DNA of 64,000 bases from Bacteroidetes bacterium UKL13-3 (GTDB lineage: Bacteria > Bacteroidota > Bacteroidia > UKL13-3), in NCBI GenBank assembly GCA_001602415.1, contig CP012155.1, positions 2,676,402 to 2,740,401 on the forward strand, read 5' to 3'. Both the position numbers and the translations under genes were made by a program. This document shows, piece after piece, positions 31,256-41,865 of this stretch (the stretch's first letter is position 1; each line of letters begins with the position of its first letter). Under the pieces are notes generated by a model. It was not told where the DNA came from. It did no database searches and saw only the letters and a program-made list of their open reading frames with translations.

Positions 31256-32182
31256 CTAATCACTCTTTAGTTCAATGAACTGCTTTGCCAACTCAATTTG
31301 CTCATTAATAGGAAGGGTTGCATTCATCCAATGTATGGGCAGTCCATCACGTTCCATCTTCCTAAAATAAGTCATTTGGCGTTTGGCAAATTGTTGGATA
31401 GCTGTTGTAAGTTTTTGCTGCAATTCCATAAAAGATATTTTTCCTTGCAAATGCCATGTAACAAACTTGTACTCCAAACCATAATACTCCAATTGGTCAT
31501 CCGATATTATTGCGCGCAACTCTTGCACTTCTTCAATCAAGCCATGCTGCAACCTTTGTTGTAACCTCTGCGCAATATTTTCTCTACGAATAGTGATAGG
31601 TAAGTCCAACCCGAAAACAATGGGACGTAAAGTGGGATACATTCTAGGAACGAAGGTATTTGTTCGTAAAAAGGTGTTAATCTCTATGGCTCTTACAAGC
31701 CTCTTCACAGTTGTTGTATCGGCTAATGATGTATATGTTGTTGTAGGCATTTGCGAAAAAATTTCTAACAATTCCTCGTGGGTATGGGTAAGCAATTTAC
31801 CACGCAATTCACTATCAACCGGAACGCTTGTGTATTCGAAATTTCGGAGAACGGAATCAATATACAAACCAGTTCCTCCGCATAAAATAGGTGTCTTGCC
31901 TTTGGCACAAATACGCTCATAGGCTGTAAAAAAATCTTTTCTAAATTCATCAATATGATACCTCTCGCCAGCTTGCTTTATATCTATTAAGTGAGTTGGT
32001 ATCGTATGTTCATCAATCAAATATTCCGCATAATCTTTACCAGTGCCTAAATTCATATCACAATACACTTGTCGAGAATCAGCGCTGATAATTTCGGTTT
32101 GTAATGTATCTGCAAGATGAGCAGCTAAGCGCGTTTTTCCGCTGGCAGTAGGACCTAAGATTACTATGATGGTTGGTTTCAT
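31256..32182 (-). CDS. miaA: tRNA dimethylallyltransferase
   Basis: GPTASGKT, ISADSRQVY, GGTGLY, FAKRQMT. Confidence 0.93.
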   Translation of the reverse strand: MKPTIIVILGPTASGKTRLAAHLADTLQTEIISADSRQVYCDMNLGTGKDYAEYLIDEHTIPTHLIDIKQAGERYHIDEFRKDFFTAYERICAKGKTPILCGGTGLYIDSVLRNFEYTSVPVDSELRGKLLTHTHEELLEIFSQMPTTTYTSLADTTTVKRLVRAIEINTFLRTNTFVPRMYPTLRPIVFGLDLPITIRRENIAQRLQQRLQHGLIEEVQELRAIISDDQLEYYGLEYKFVTWHLQGKISFMELQQKLTTAIQQFAKRQMTYFRKMERDGLPIHWMNATLPINEQIELAKQFIELKSD

Positions 32183-32336
32183 TTGCACTGCGAAAATACA
32201 CGTTTTACATTCATGGTTATCTATTGGTGCAGCAAAGTATTGTGCGAAAGTCGGTTTAGTCGAAAGAGTTTACACCAAACCTCATCTTGCATAATGCCAT
32301 AGCGTAACATACATTCGTACAAAAAGAAACATTCCC

Positions 32337-32639
32337 ATGATAAAACATATTGTATTTTGGAAGTTAAAAGATGACGCAAATGGAATGAGCAAAGAACAAA
32401 ACGCTCAATACATTAAACAAAAACTGGAAGCGTTGAAAGGAAAAATTGAAGGTTTATTATCTATTGAAGTAGGGTTTGATTTTTTACACTCGACTGAATC
32501 AGTTGATATCGCATTGTATAGCGAGTTTATTGATAAAGATGCTTTACAGTTTTATCAGAATCATCCTTTACACAAAGAAATTATGCCTTTTATTGCAGAA
32601 TCGCGGAGTGAAAGGCGTGTGATTGACTATGAATGTTGA
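32337..32639 (+). CDS. Dabb family (stress-responsive A/B barrel) protein
   Basis: MIKHIVFWKLK...YQNHPLH...DYE. Confidence 0.9.
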   Translation: MIKHIVFWKLKDDANGMSKEQNAQYIKQKLEALKGKIEGLLSIEVGFDFLHSTESVDIALYSEFIDKDALQFYQNHPLHKEIMPFIAESRSERRVIDYEC

Positions 32640-33424
32640 CTTCTTCTATCGAGAACATACTTTAAATTCCCCGCATTAAAAACTTGAATATACTTTTGTT
32701 GAAAGGGTGATGTAGCAGGCAATCGTTCGAATGACTCAGGATCAACCCAGAATAGTTGTGATGGTGTTTTACCAACCTCTGTAAACCCAAGTTTAATATA
32801 ACCCTCACCCATACTCCAATCTCTATCAGCATAAGTCATTATATGAGCGGGTTGATGTTGTTCAATAAAGTAATTGAGGAGTTTTCCTAATCCACCTGTT
32901 ACGGTAATGCCCGTTTTACTTGCAAAACGAATCAATTCATAACTTCTGTATGGAACAACTCCATCTTTCATTACGCGGCTTTTGCTAAAAGTGGCAACAG
33001 CAACAATCTCGCTTTTATATACCAACGCATATTTGTAGTAAGAAGAAACATATTGCTGTAAATGGTGCTGGTTCAAAAATGCAGATGCTTCTATTTTATC
33101 AATTCGCTTAATAGTTGTTTGCCTCCCATGTATTCGTTTACGAACACCTATTAACGAAAGCAATCGCGCTTCCACCAATGCTCGCTGTTTAAAGAAAACA
33201 TCTTCCCAAAGATGAATCATTTTAAATCCTTTGAGCTGTGATTCATCGCTCAATTGAGCACAAAATTGCGTGTTCAAATTTTCCTTATGTAACAACGGAA
33301 TACAATGTATGATAATATTATGCTTGGGAAGTAGTATTCCGAAAAATGGAGTATTCAGAGGAGGTTCTGTTGAAAATTCCTCTTGCCGAAACAATGTAAT
33401 GACATGTTGAAAAAATGTACTCAT
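32627..33424 (-). CDS. Hypothetical protein similar to the phage Hef-like C-terminal / GNAT-like domain
   Basis: HLWED, FLNQHHLQ, YELIRFAS, GGLGKLL, TYADRDWS, YIKLGF. Confidence 0.7.
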   Translation of the reverse strand: MSTFFQHVITLFRQEEFSTEPPLNTPFFGILLPKHNIIIHCIPLLHKENLNTQFCAQLSDESQLKGFKMIHLWEDVFFKQRALVEARLLSLIGVRKRIHGRQTTIKRIDKIEASAFLNQHHLQQYVSSYYKYALVYKSEIVAVATFSKSRVMKDGVVPYRSYELIRFASKTGITVTGGLGKLLNYFIEQHQPAHIMTYADRDWSMGEGYIKLGFTEVGKTPSQLFWVDPESFERLPATSPFQQKYIQVFNAGNLKYVLDRRSQHS

Positions 33425-33996
33425 TCAATATCAAATAATGGAACCTCCAAAACTGCGCCTACGGGTAAATCATTCAAATGCATTTTACCGATGCGTATTC
33501 TTATTAGCCTCAAAACAGGATAGCCTACGGCTGCACACATTTTTCGAACCTGCCTTAATTTTCCTTCGGTAAGTGTTACAGAAATCCAATAGGTTGGACC
33601 ATGCCTTTCATCTCTGATTCTGCGGCTACGCTCTGCGAAAGTGGGTTGCGGATCAAGTAAAATCGCCTTGCATGGACGTGTTTGATATTTTATACCCTTG
33701 ATACCTATTTCAACACCTTGCTGCAACTGGTGGATAGCTTCCGCTGAAATCAAACCATCAACTTGAGCATAATACTCCTTTTCAATATGCTTTCTTCTTA
33801 CCAGCTCACTTACTTTACCATCTGTAGTTAGCAATAATAATCCTTCACTATCCTCATCCAACCTACCAATTGCCATTGTTCCTTCGGCAAACGAATATAA
33901 ATCGCCCAACATTTTCTTCTTTTTAACATCCGTTTTAAACTGACTGATGTACCCAAATGGTTTGTGTAATATGTAATGATATTGTGTTGACGACAT
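33421..33996 (-). CDS. Pseudouridine synthase (RluE/RsuA family)
   Basis: KPFGY, GRLDEDSEGLLLLT, EGKLRQVRKM. Confidence 0.92.
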   Translation of the reverse strand: MSSTQYHYILHKPFGYISQFKTDVKKKKMLGDLYSFAEGTMAIGRLDEDSEGLLLLTTDGKVSELVRRKHIEKEYYAQVDGLISAEAIHQLQQGVEIGIKGIKYQTRPCKAILLDPQPTFAERSRRIRDERHGPTYWISVTLTEGKLRQVRKMCAAVGYPVLRLIRIRIGKMHLNDLPVGAVLEVPLFDIE

Positions 33997-34120
33997 GATT
34001 GACTATTGTTGCATAGTTACTACAAATTATGCGCTTAAAAATATCCAAATTTTAACAAAGCACTATTAAATGGATATGATTTAGATTATAATGCATACAA
34101 ATTTAACTAGGCCAAATAAT

Positions 34121-34927
34121 ATGTTTGAACTACTTGCAGAAATAGAACTAAGCTCCTTTCTTTTTGCAATTACATGTATCCTGCTATTGTTGGTTTTTGC
34201 TTTTATGGTTGTGTTTTTTATTACTTATAACAGAAACCTAGAAATACAACGCAAGCTCAAAAGAATGGACGATGAGCACAAACAGCATATGATTAATAGC
34301 AACCTGCAAACCCTCGAATTAGAACGCCAGCGATTTGCAGAAGATTTACATGATGAAATTGGAGCCTCTCTATCTGCCATCCGCTTATACGTTGGCAGCA
34401 TTGATAACCAAGTTAATGATGATCACATAAAGGATCAACTGAAAGAAGTGAAGCATACCATTGATCAATCGATGGTAAGTACCCGTAGAATAGCGCATAA
34501 TATTTTGCCACCGGGTTTAGAAATAATGGGCCTATCCAAAATTGTTGAAGATTTGGTGCAACAACTTCATTTAACACATAAGCTGAAAGTAGATATTACT
34601 ACTGAATCTCAAATGCCAAAACTCAACTATCAAAAGGAGTTGATTTTATACCGCGTGCTACAAGAACTGTTTAACAATACAATAAAACACGCTGAAGCTA
34701 AAAAAGCTAACTTACAATTTTCCTGCAAAAATGGCTTTTACTTAATTACTTATAGCGATAATGGTAAAGGTTTTAATATGAATGACCTGCAATTTTCCGG
34801 AATTGGTTTAAGTAATTTAAACAACAGAGTGAATATGATTGGTGGAACCTATCAAGTAATAACAGCTCCAAGTGAGGGATTTTATGTTGAAATAAGTGTG
34901 CCATTGAGCGCAACATCAGCAATTTAA
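34121..34927 (+). CDS. Sensor histidine kinase (HisKA_3 type)
   Basis: One TM, ERQRFAEDLHDEIG, QELFNNTIKHA, DNGKGF, GIGL. Confidence 0.92.
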   Translation: MFELLAEIELSSFLFAITCILLLLVFAFMVVFFITYNRNLEIQRKLKRMDDEHKQHMINSNLQTLELERQRFAEDLHDEIGASLSAIRLYVGSIDNQVNDDHIKDQLKEVKHTIDQSMVSTRRIAHNILPPGLEIMGLSKIVEDLVQQLHLTHKLKVDITTESQMPKLNYQKELILYRVLQELFNNTIKHAEAKKANLQFSCKNGFYLITYSDNGKGFNMNDLQFSGIGLSNLNNRVNMIGGTYQVITAPSEGFYVEISVPLSATSAI

Positions 34928-34988
34928 AACGTACACGTTAAATAAGCGTTTGTATTCTTCTCTCCTAAAAACGACCTTTGTCATTAAA

Positions 34989-35120
34989 ATGGCAGGCTGC
35001 GGTTATGTATGTCCACAATGCGAAGGCAAAGGTTTTACCGATGATGGTGAAGTATGCACCTGGTGTAACGTTATTCCCCAAAATGGAGAGGAAAACGATG
35101 AACCATCAAACGGTCTATAA
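34989..35120 (+). CDS. 43-aa Cys-rich zinc-ribbon microprotein (below the ORF-track cutoff)
   Basis: MAGCGYVCPQCEGKGFTDDGEVCTWCNVIPQNGEENDEPSNGL*; preceded by a GACCTTTG -7-like box and an A-rich stretch. Confidence 0.7.
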   Translation: MAGCGYVCPQCEGKGFTDDGEVCTWCNVIPQNGEENDEPSNGL

Positions 35121-35176
35121 GATGGATTTTTGCAAACAGATTAAATTGCTTACCTTCAGTTCTCAAATTACATCCG

Positions 35177-35938
35177 ATGAACAAATTCTACTATTTAATT
35201 ATTTGTATAATAGGCCTATCGTTTAGCAAATTGGCCTATGCTCAACCTTGCACTCCCGATCCAAATCTTACCTACAATGGTATATCTCCTAGTGGGTTAC
35301 CTCCGGCAATGGCGGGTTATTATTATTGGACAACGCTCAGCTTCAAAATACCTAAAGATTCGGTTGTAAAAACCAACGGTTTAGAAATTCCGGTAACTAT
35401 TGATAGTGCGAAGTTTTTATATGCAGCAGGCAAACCTAATAGTTTCACTTTTGCTTGCGATAAACTGGGTTGTACGTGGGTTGGTGGTAGTAAAGGTTGT
35501 GCTTTGTTTTCGGGACAAGTTTCCAAAGAATACACAGATTCAACTCTTGAATACCCGATGAAAATATATACCAAAACATGGTACAGATTTACAGGAGGTG
35601 TTGATCAGTTTGACCGTATCGACTCTGCAACCAATTATGTATTTCGTATTTTAAAATATAACGGAATTGGCGAGATAACAACTTACACCAATCTTAAAGC
35701 ATACCCCAATCCTACGCATGGAAAAGTTACAATTGAACTGCGCGATATCCAAGATGATGTAAACGAAATTACCATTATGGATGCGTTTGGAAAATTGGTT
35801 TACTCCCAACAATTTGACAAACCCACATCATTTCTTAAAACATACACTGCTGATTTGAGCGCTTACAAACCCGGGCTATATTTGGTAACCTTAAAATCGG
35901 GAAACAAAGTAGGTCTATCAAAAGTAGTATTAAACTAA
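35177..35938 (+). CDS. T9SS type A sorting domain protein
   Basis: Signal peptide AYA/QPCTPD; C-terminal YPNP...GLYLV...KVVLN. Confidence 0.88.
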   Translation: MNKFYYLIICIIGLSFSKLAYAQPCTPDPNLTYNGISPSGLPPAMAGYYYWTTLSFKIPKDSVVKTNGLEIPVTIDSAKFLYAAGKPNSFTFACDKLGCTWVGGSKGCALFSGQVSKEYTDSTLEYPMKIYTKTWYRFTGGVDQFDRIDSATNYVFRILKYNGIGEITTYTNLKAYPNPTHGKVTIELRDIQDDVNEITIMDAFGKLVYSQQFDKPTSFLKTYTADLSAYKPGLYLVTLKSGNKVGLSKVVLN

Positions 35939-38307
35939 AACGCAATGCGCATTTGAACAGTAAATGTTCTCATGGGCTCCAATCGGGTTGGGCGAGTTGC
36001 ATAAGCATGATTGGCCAAATTGTTAACCAATGCAGCTAGGGTAAAGTTGGGAGTGAGTTTCATGCTTACTCTTATATTATGAACCCAATCTCCTGTACCT
36101 ACTTGCGATTGAAATTCCTTTAAACCGGGAATAACAATATACAAAGCATCATCAATTTTTTCGAATACACTAAAGTACTGAGCGTTGTAACCAATGCTCA
36201 GTTTTTTGTATGCTAGCTCCACATCAACCTTTACCAAATGTCGGTTGCGATAAGGTAATAAACTATTAAATGCCACAGAGTCGGTGCGCGAAATCACCTT
36301 TTGATTATCTGCAAATGCTTTCAAATAATTACTTGTTTTTTGAAGAGATGAATCAGCATACAAATCAACCGGATAGGTAAAGGTGTAACCACATAATGTG
36401 CGCACGTTTATCGGACCAATATTTCCTTCTCCTTCCAGAGAAAACTCGTAACCTGCTGTGCGGCTCAACGGACGGTTTATGGCTTTAAATCCTAACTTAT
36501 CCTCTCCAACAACATGTATTCCATCTTGATCAAAATAATAGGTTGCTCTTTCGTATTGATTAAATCGTAATTCAATCAAATTTTGATACTCCATCCAAAA
36601 AACACAGGCATCCAAGGTTGCGCTAAAACCGCCAATATTAAAACCTTGTTTAACGCCCAACTCTGTGTACCAACCTCTTTCCGTTTCGATAGTTGGGTTC
36701 GGAAAAATAGTAATCCCCGATGCCTTATCAGAAACATAACGCTCAACTACTGTTGGAAATCGAAATCCTTCACCATACGATATGCGAACAAATGTTTTGC
36801 GCGTTGCCTCGTAATTAGCACCAAACCTAATCAAAGGCCTTTGTGTTTGCGATAATTCTCCCATTGCATTCAATTCATATCGCAAACCTGTGGTAAGGTT
36901 CCATCGTTTTCTATCAAATTCTAGTTGTGAATATGCTGCTCCCGAATAGCCAGTTCTATCTCCTGGATAAACGTTACCAACTGCATTAAAACTGCTTGCA
37001 TATATACCTGATGAACTGGTAAAATATTTAGCAAATCGTTTTTGAAAACTCACATCAAGTGAATTAATTTTAGCGACCGCATCGTTAGGGTTTTTTTCGC
37101 TAATGGCTCCAAAAACACCATCTCGAACAATGGAATAATGTCGAAATTTTAAACTAATTGAATACGTATTGGCCAAGTAGGTTATGTGCGGATCAACCGA
37201 AAAAATACTATACTTATCAAATCCAATAATTCCATCAAATGGCCTTAGTGATCCGCTATCGACATCTTTCCATAAAAAGAAACGTCCATTCTTTTTAATC
37301 ATTGTATTAAAATTAACTCCAGCACTTAACCCTTTGATATTTTTAAACCGGTAACGCGTTTTTACATATGCGCGAAAACGAAACTCATCATTTGATTGAA
37401 TATGGCTTCGTGTTGCGCTTCCATTGGTGCTAGCTACCAAATCAAATTGCCCAAATTTTTGTTTGTGAACCATGAACGTACCTGTGTTAAAAGGTTGTGT
37501 GGTGCGCTCCCACCAAATTGAATTTTTGTTGCGAGGATTATCTTGTACTCCCTGAAAAAAAGTAATCTTGGTCTCGGGTTTGTTGGTAGGCCATCCTGTA
37601 CGTACGTTCACTGTTCCACTGGTAGCACTACTTCCATATAAAACGGATGATGGCCCTTTGATGACTTCAATATTTTCGGCAGCTTCAATGGGTAATAAAT
37701 CCCACTGCACGTCACCAACGTCAGGTCCCATTAACGGCATATCATCCAACAACACCATTACCCTGCTTCCAACATTATAACTCCAACCAGTACTTCCCCT
37801 AATAATGGCCTGTCCATCCACCACACTAACTCCCGGCACTTTATTCAAAACATCTGAAAGTGTAGCTGAGTTTGTGTTGGCAATGAGGTAGGGTTTAATG
37901 GAATTTACCGACATCACCTCGCGCACAATTTGTTTTTCTTGCTTGCTACCCGAAACAACTACTCTATTCAACTCGTTCTCCTTTGGCAATAGCATTAAAT
38001 TTACCGTCAATCGTTCTTCAAAACCTACACGCACAATTTGCTCCAAAGGCTGAAATCCAATTAATGTTGCCTGGATTAGTAATTTACCCGCATCGGTTGC
38101 AATTTGATAATTCCCTGATGAATCGGCAGTTGTTGCATTCTTTTTGTTTACAGAAATAGATACATATGGAAGCGACTCTCCGGTTTGTGCATTGAGCACT
38201 TTTCCTTTTACAGTTGAACTTTGAGCCTTTATATCACTCAAACCAACAACAAAAGGCAAACAAAGCCAGAGTAAAAACCGAAAATTTTGCTTGAATAATT
38301 TGAGCAT
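35935..38307 (-). CDS. TonB-dependent receptor
   Basis: Carboxypeptidase-regulatory-like N-domain, plug IEVIKGPSSVLYGS, C-terminal Phe. Confidence 0.93.
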   Translation of the reverse strand: MLKLFKQNFRFLLWLCLPFVVGLSDIKAQSSTVKGKVLNAQTGESLPYVSISVNKKNATTADSSGNYQIATDAGKLLIQATLIGFQPLEQIVRVGFEERLTVNLMLLPKENELNRVVVSGSKQEKQIVREVMSVNSIKPYLIANTNSATLSDVLNKVPGVSVVDGQAIIRGSTGWSYNVGSRVMVLLDDMPLMGPDVGDVQWDLLPIEAAENIEVIKGPSSVLYGSSATSGTVNVRTGWPTNKPETKITFFQGVQDNPRNKNSIWWERTTQPFNTGTFMVHKQKFGQFDLVASTNGSATRSHIQSNDEFRFRAYVKTRYRFKNIKGLSAGVNFNTMIKKNGRFFLWKDVDSGSLRPFDGIIGFDKYSIFSVDPHITYLANTYSISLKFRHYSIVRDGVFGAISEKNPNDAVAKINSLDVSFQKRFAKYFTSSSGIYASSFNAVGNVYPGDRTGYSGAAYSQLEFDRKRWNLTTGLRYELNAMGELSQTQRPLIRFGANYEATRKTFVRISYGEGFRFPTVVERYVSDKASGITIFPNPTIETERGWYTELGVKQGFNIGGFSATLDACVFWMEYQNLIELRFNQYERATYYFDQDGIHVVGEDKLGFKAINRPLSRTAGYEFSLEGEGNIGPINVRTLCGYTFTYPVDLYADSSLQKTSNYLKAFADNQKVISRTDSVAFNSLLPYRNRHLVKVDVELAYKKLSIGYNAQYFSVFEKIDDALYIVIPGLKEFQSQVGTGDWVHNIRVSMKLTPNFTLAALVNNLANHAYATRPTRLEPMRTFTVQMRIAF

Positions 38308-38384
38308 AGACTGTTTAATGGTGTGAATATAAAAAAATATTTGGAGTCCGAATGCTTTATTACTTTGCAGCCATCTTCCATATT

Positions 38385-38720
38385 ATGTTAAAACACATCC
38401 GACACTCAGAAAATATACACATTATACTCTGGCTAATTAAAGACTCGTGTTGGTTACTCCATTTTAAGGTGGGTGGGGTAATAATGGTTATTCCAACTGT
38501 TTTCATGGCTATATATATTGCATACAAAACACGTAAAACAATGAATTTATTCTTACCAAACCTTGCTGTTTGTTGTTGGATTGCCGCAAATGCCATTTGG
38601 ATGCTGGGGGAGTTTTTTGACTTTTATCATGTTCCCTTTGCGTTAACCTTTTTCTTTTTGGGATTGGTGGTTATCGCCTATTATTTCTCAAGTTATAAGC
38701 AACTTGAAAACGATGTTTAG
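38385..38720 (+). CDS. Small 4-TM hypothetical membrane protein
   Basis: ENIHIILWLIKDSCW...WIAANAIWM conserved-looking motif. Confidence 0.7.
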   Translation: MLKHIRHSENIHIILWLIKDSCWLLHFKVGGVIMVIPTVFMAIYIAYKTRKTMNLFLPNLAVCCWIAANAIWMLGEFFDFYHVPFALTFFFLGLVVIAYYFSSYKQLENDV

Positions 38721-38852
38721 CTGGAAAAACCCATCCTGACAATAATTTTACTTACATCTATTTCTTTATTACCAAAAACAAATCGTAATTTTACGGGGTT
38801 AATTACATAAAACATTTTCGAATCATCATCAATCGTTAAATCCTCTTCATAA

Positions 38853-40172
38853 ATGGATAAATTGAAAAACAAATTTGCCGACAAAGGATTGGCAAAAGCC
38901 GCAGAAGTTAAAGAATTTATTAAAGCCAACAGTGAGCATGTTTTAGGTAGTTACACCGTAGACTCCGTATTCTCAGGAATGAAAGGAATGATCGGTTTGA
39001 TTACAGAAACATCATTGTTAGATGCCGAAGAAGGCATTCGTTTTAGAGGACACAGCATACCTGAGTTAAGAGCTACTTTACCGAAAGTAGCAGGCGGCAG
39101 TGAGCCATTACCCGAAGGACTATTCTATTTAATGTTAACTGGTGAATTACCAACCGAAGAGGATGTAAATGACGTAACCAACGCTTGGGCACGCAGGGCA
39201 ATTGTTCCTAAACACGTATTTAACGTTATAGACTCATTCCCGCTAAATGCGCATCCAATGACTCAGTTCTCGGCAGCAATTATGGCCTTACAAACCGAGT
39301 CGGAATTCGCAGCAGCCTACCGCAAGGGAATCAACAAAAAAGAATATTGGGACTATACATACGAAGATACCATGAACCTGATTGCACGTTTACCGCGTGT
39401 AGCAGCATATATTTACCGTAGAACATACAAGTTTAGCGATCATATCGAACCAAATCCGAAATTAGATTGGGCAGGTAACTTTGCTCATATGTTGGGCTTT
39501 GAGGGCGAGGACTTCAAAGAGTTGATGCGTTTATACATGACCATTCACAGTGACCATGAAGGTGGAAACGTTTCGGCTCATACAACGCATTTAGTTGGTT
39601 CGGCTTTGTCAGATCCGTATTTATCACTTTCAGCAGCCATGAACGGTTTAGCAGGACCATTACATGGATTGGCAAACCAGGAAGTTATTCGTTGGGTGTT
39701 GGAATTACAGGAAAACCTTGGTGGAGGAAAACCAAGTAAAGCTCAAATTGAAGAATACATTAATAAAACCATTAATGAAGGAAAAGTAGTACCGGGTTAC
39801 GGTCATGCTGTGTTGCGCAAAACAGATCCCCGCTTCACTGCACAAATGGAATTTGCTAAAAAACACATGCCAACTGATGAGCTGGTAAATATTGTATGGG
39901 ATGTTTATGATGTAGCACCAACCATTTTGGGTAATTACAAAAAAATTAAAAACCCTTGGCCGAACGTAGATGCTCACTCAGGAGCATTGTTAGTGCACTA
40001 TGGAATGAAAGAATATGATTTCTACACAGTATTGTTTGGGGTTTCACGAGCATTGGGTGTGTTAGCGTCATTGGTTTGGGATCGTGCACTTGGTTTGCCA
40101 CTCGAGAGACCAAAATCAGTAACTACTGAATGGTTACAGAATACAATTGCAAAATCTAAAGCTTCGGCTTAA
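38853..40172 (+). CDS. gltA: Citrate (Si)-synthase, eukaryotic type
   Basis: [43 protein letters not shown]. Confidence 0.95.
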   Translation: MDKLKNKFADKGLAKAAEVKEFIKANSEHVLGSYTVDSVFSGMKGMIGLITETSLLDAEEGIRFRGHSIPELRATLPKVAGGSEPLPEGLFYLMLTGELPTEEDVNDVTNAWARRAIVPKHVFNVIDSFPLNAHPMTQFSAAIMALQTESEFAAAYRKGINKKEYWDYTYEDTMNLIARLPRVAAYIYRRTYKFSDHIEPNPKLDWAGNFAHMLGFEGEDFKELMRLYMTIHSDHEGGNVSAHTTHLVGSALSDPYLSLSAAMNGLAGPLHGLANQEVIRWVLELQENLGGGKPSKAQIEEYINKTINEGKVVPGYGHAVLRKTDPRFTAQMEFAKKHMPTDELVNIVWDVYDVAPTILGNYKKIKNPWPNVDAHSGALLVHYGMKEYDFYTVLFGVSRALGVLASLVWDRALGLPLERPKSVTTEWLQNTIAKSKASA

Positions 40173-40690
40173 TGCGCATAGCATTGCACAAAATATATAT
40201 TAGTTTGGTTACAGCCGGTTTGTTATTCCTACATTCCGGCTGTGGCTTTTATTCTCACACCGGAGCATCAGTTCCCGCTGATGCTAAAACGGTTACTGTA
40301 AGTTATATTTCAAATGTAGCCAGCATTGTTGCTCCTAATTTAAGTCCTGAACTTACACGTAAGCTGCAACAAAAATTTGTGAACGAAACACAATTAAAAC
40401 TAGCTGAACGGGATGGCGATTTGGAATTTAGTGGTAAAGTTTTAGACTACCGTACGGCCCCTGTGGGAGTTCAAGGCAACCAAACAAATGCCGTCAATCA
40501 GCTTACAATCAACGTAGAAATAACGTTTGAAAACAAAAAAGACGAGAAGAAAAACTTCACCCAAACATTCTCCATCTTCGTTAACTTTCCTGCCGCACAA
40601 GATTTTGCAAGTGTTGAAAATCAACTTCTACAAACGGCCACCGACCAATTGGTTACTGATATTTTTAACAAAGCCTTTATCAACTGGTAA
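40172..40690 (+). CDS. lptE: LPS assembly lipoprotein LptE
   Basis: Lipobox HSGC, YSHTGAS, C-terminal DIFNKAFINW; upstream of the TPR gene and secG as usual in Bacteroidota. Confidence 0.8.
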   Translation: MRIALHKIYISLVTAGLLFLHSGCGFYSHTGASVPADAKTVTVSYISNVASIVAPNLSPELTRKLQQKFVNETQLKLAERDGDLEFSGKVLDYRTAPVGVQGNQTNAVNQLTINVEITFENKKDEKKNFTQTFSIFVNFPAAQDFASVENQLLQTATDQLVTDIFNKAFINW

Positions 40691-40842
40691 GCATACCCTA
40701 TTCAATCAAAAATAGCCGATTCACCTCTTTTATGAGGTGATTTATGAAATATCTATTTTACATAATCAACTCTGTCAAGCAATCAGTTTCCTGAAACCTT
40801 TGGTAATTTTTGTTTATTTTGCGCCTCCTCAAAAGGTCATAC

Positions 40843-41862
40843 TTGAATAAACAGGAATTCATATCACTCATTGAACAACCCGAACAATTGGGCAAATCAA
40901 ACATCACTGCGCTAAAGCAAGTTGTTGCCGATTTCCCCTACTTTCAAGCTGCGCAAGTTTTGCTTACAAAAGCTTTGTACAACGACCATCATTACGAGTT
41001 TGAGAAGCAATTAAAGCATACTTCACTCCTAGTTCCCGACCGGACAGTGCTGTTTCGTTACATCCACAACCTAAGCGACCAACAGCAACCAACAGAAATA
41101 GTTGTCCCAGAAACTTTTCTTAGTTTGCCGGAACAGCCTATTGAAAATGCACCATTACCTTCAACAGAAATAACTACACCTCAAGAAATTGTTGCTGAGA
41201 AACCAGAAGAAATAACAATTTCGGTTGAAGATATTGTTGCTAAAAATAATATTGAGGAGAAGCCGCAAGTAGAAGAGGCTCCTGTTGTTATTGAGGTGAT
41301 TGAAGATGTTACAGTTGTTGAAGATCGTGTATCCGAAACTATTTCGAACATGGAAAACAGGGTTGCCGAAGAAAATGTTCAAGAAGTAAAATCTTCTGAA
41401 ATTCATTCATTCACCGAGTGGCTTCAGTTGCAGCAAGGCAAAAAAATAACCATTATAGAAGTACCTGTTGAACCCAAACCACAGCTTGAGCAACCAGTTG
41501 CGATTAGTCCAATTGTTCAAGAAACAGAAAGTTCGGAGAAAACACCAATGGAAACCGAAATTGCCGAACAGGTAAAACGCAGCAATGTGAATGATTTCGA
41601 GTCTATTCTCGATAAATTTATTCGTGAAAATCCGCGCATTAGCAGAGGCAAGGCTGAGTTTTATAACCCCGTGAACATGGCCAAACAAAGCGTGGAGGAA
41701 AATGACGAACTCGTAACTGAAACATTAGCAAATGTTTACTACAAGCAAGGCCATTACAAAAAAGCGATTCGTGCATACGAAAAATTATGCTTGATATATC
41801 CTCATAAAATGACGTATTTTGCATCCCTTATACAAAAAATTAAAACCGAAACTAAAGAATAA
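40843..41862 (+). CDS. Conserved TPR-containing hypothetical protein
   Basis: FPYFQ N-terminus, acidic linker, TETLANVYYKQG...YPHK C-terminal TPR; likely TTG start. Confidence 0.8.
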   Translation: MNKQEFISLIEQPEQLGKSNITALKQVVADFPYFQAAQVLLTKALYNDHHYEFEKQLKHTSLLVPDRTVLFRYIHNLSDQQQPTEIVVPETFLSLPEQPIENAPLPSTEITTPQEIVAEKPEEITISVEDIVAKNNIEEKPQVEEAPVVIEVIEDVTVVEDRVSETISNMENRVAEENVQEVKSSEIHSFTEWLQLQQGKKITIIEVPVEPKPQLEQPVAISPIVQETESSEKTPMETEIAEQVKRSNVNDFESILDKFIRENPRISRGKAEFYNPVNMAKQSVEENDELVTETLANVYYKQGHYKKAIRAYEKLCLIYPHKMTYFASLIQKIKTETKE

Positions 41863-41865
41863 TAT

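Noticed and set aside
34978-35226. 82-aa ORF in the track
   Set aside because: It is a shadow frame over the Cys-rich microprotein and overlaps the next gene; it has no recognisable features.
20706-40172. Eukaryote-like aconitase and citrate synthase as evidence of eukaryote-to-bacterium transfer
   Set aside because: Both types are well known as native to Bacteroidota, and their context is ordinary.
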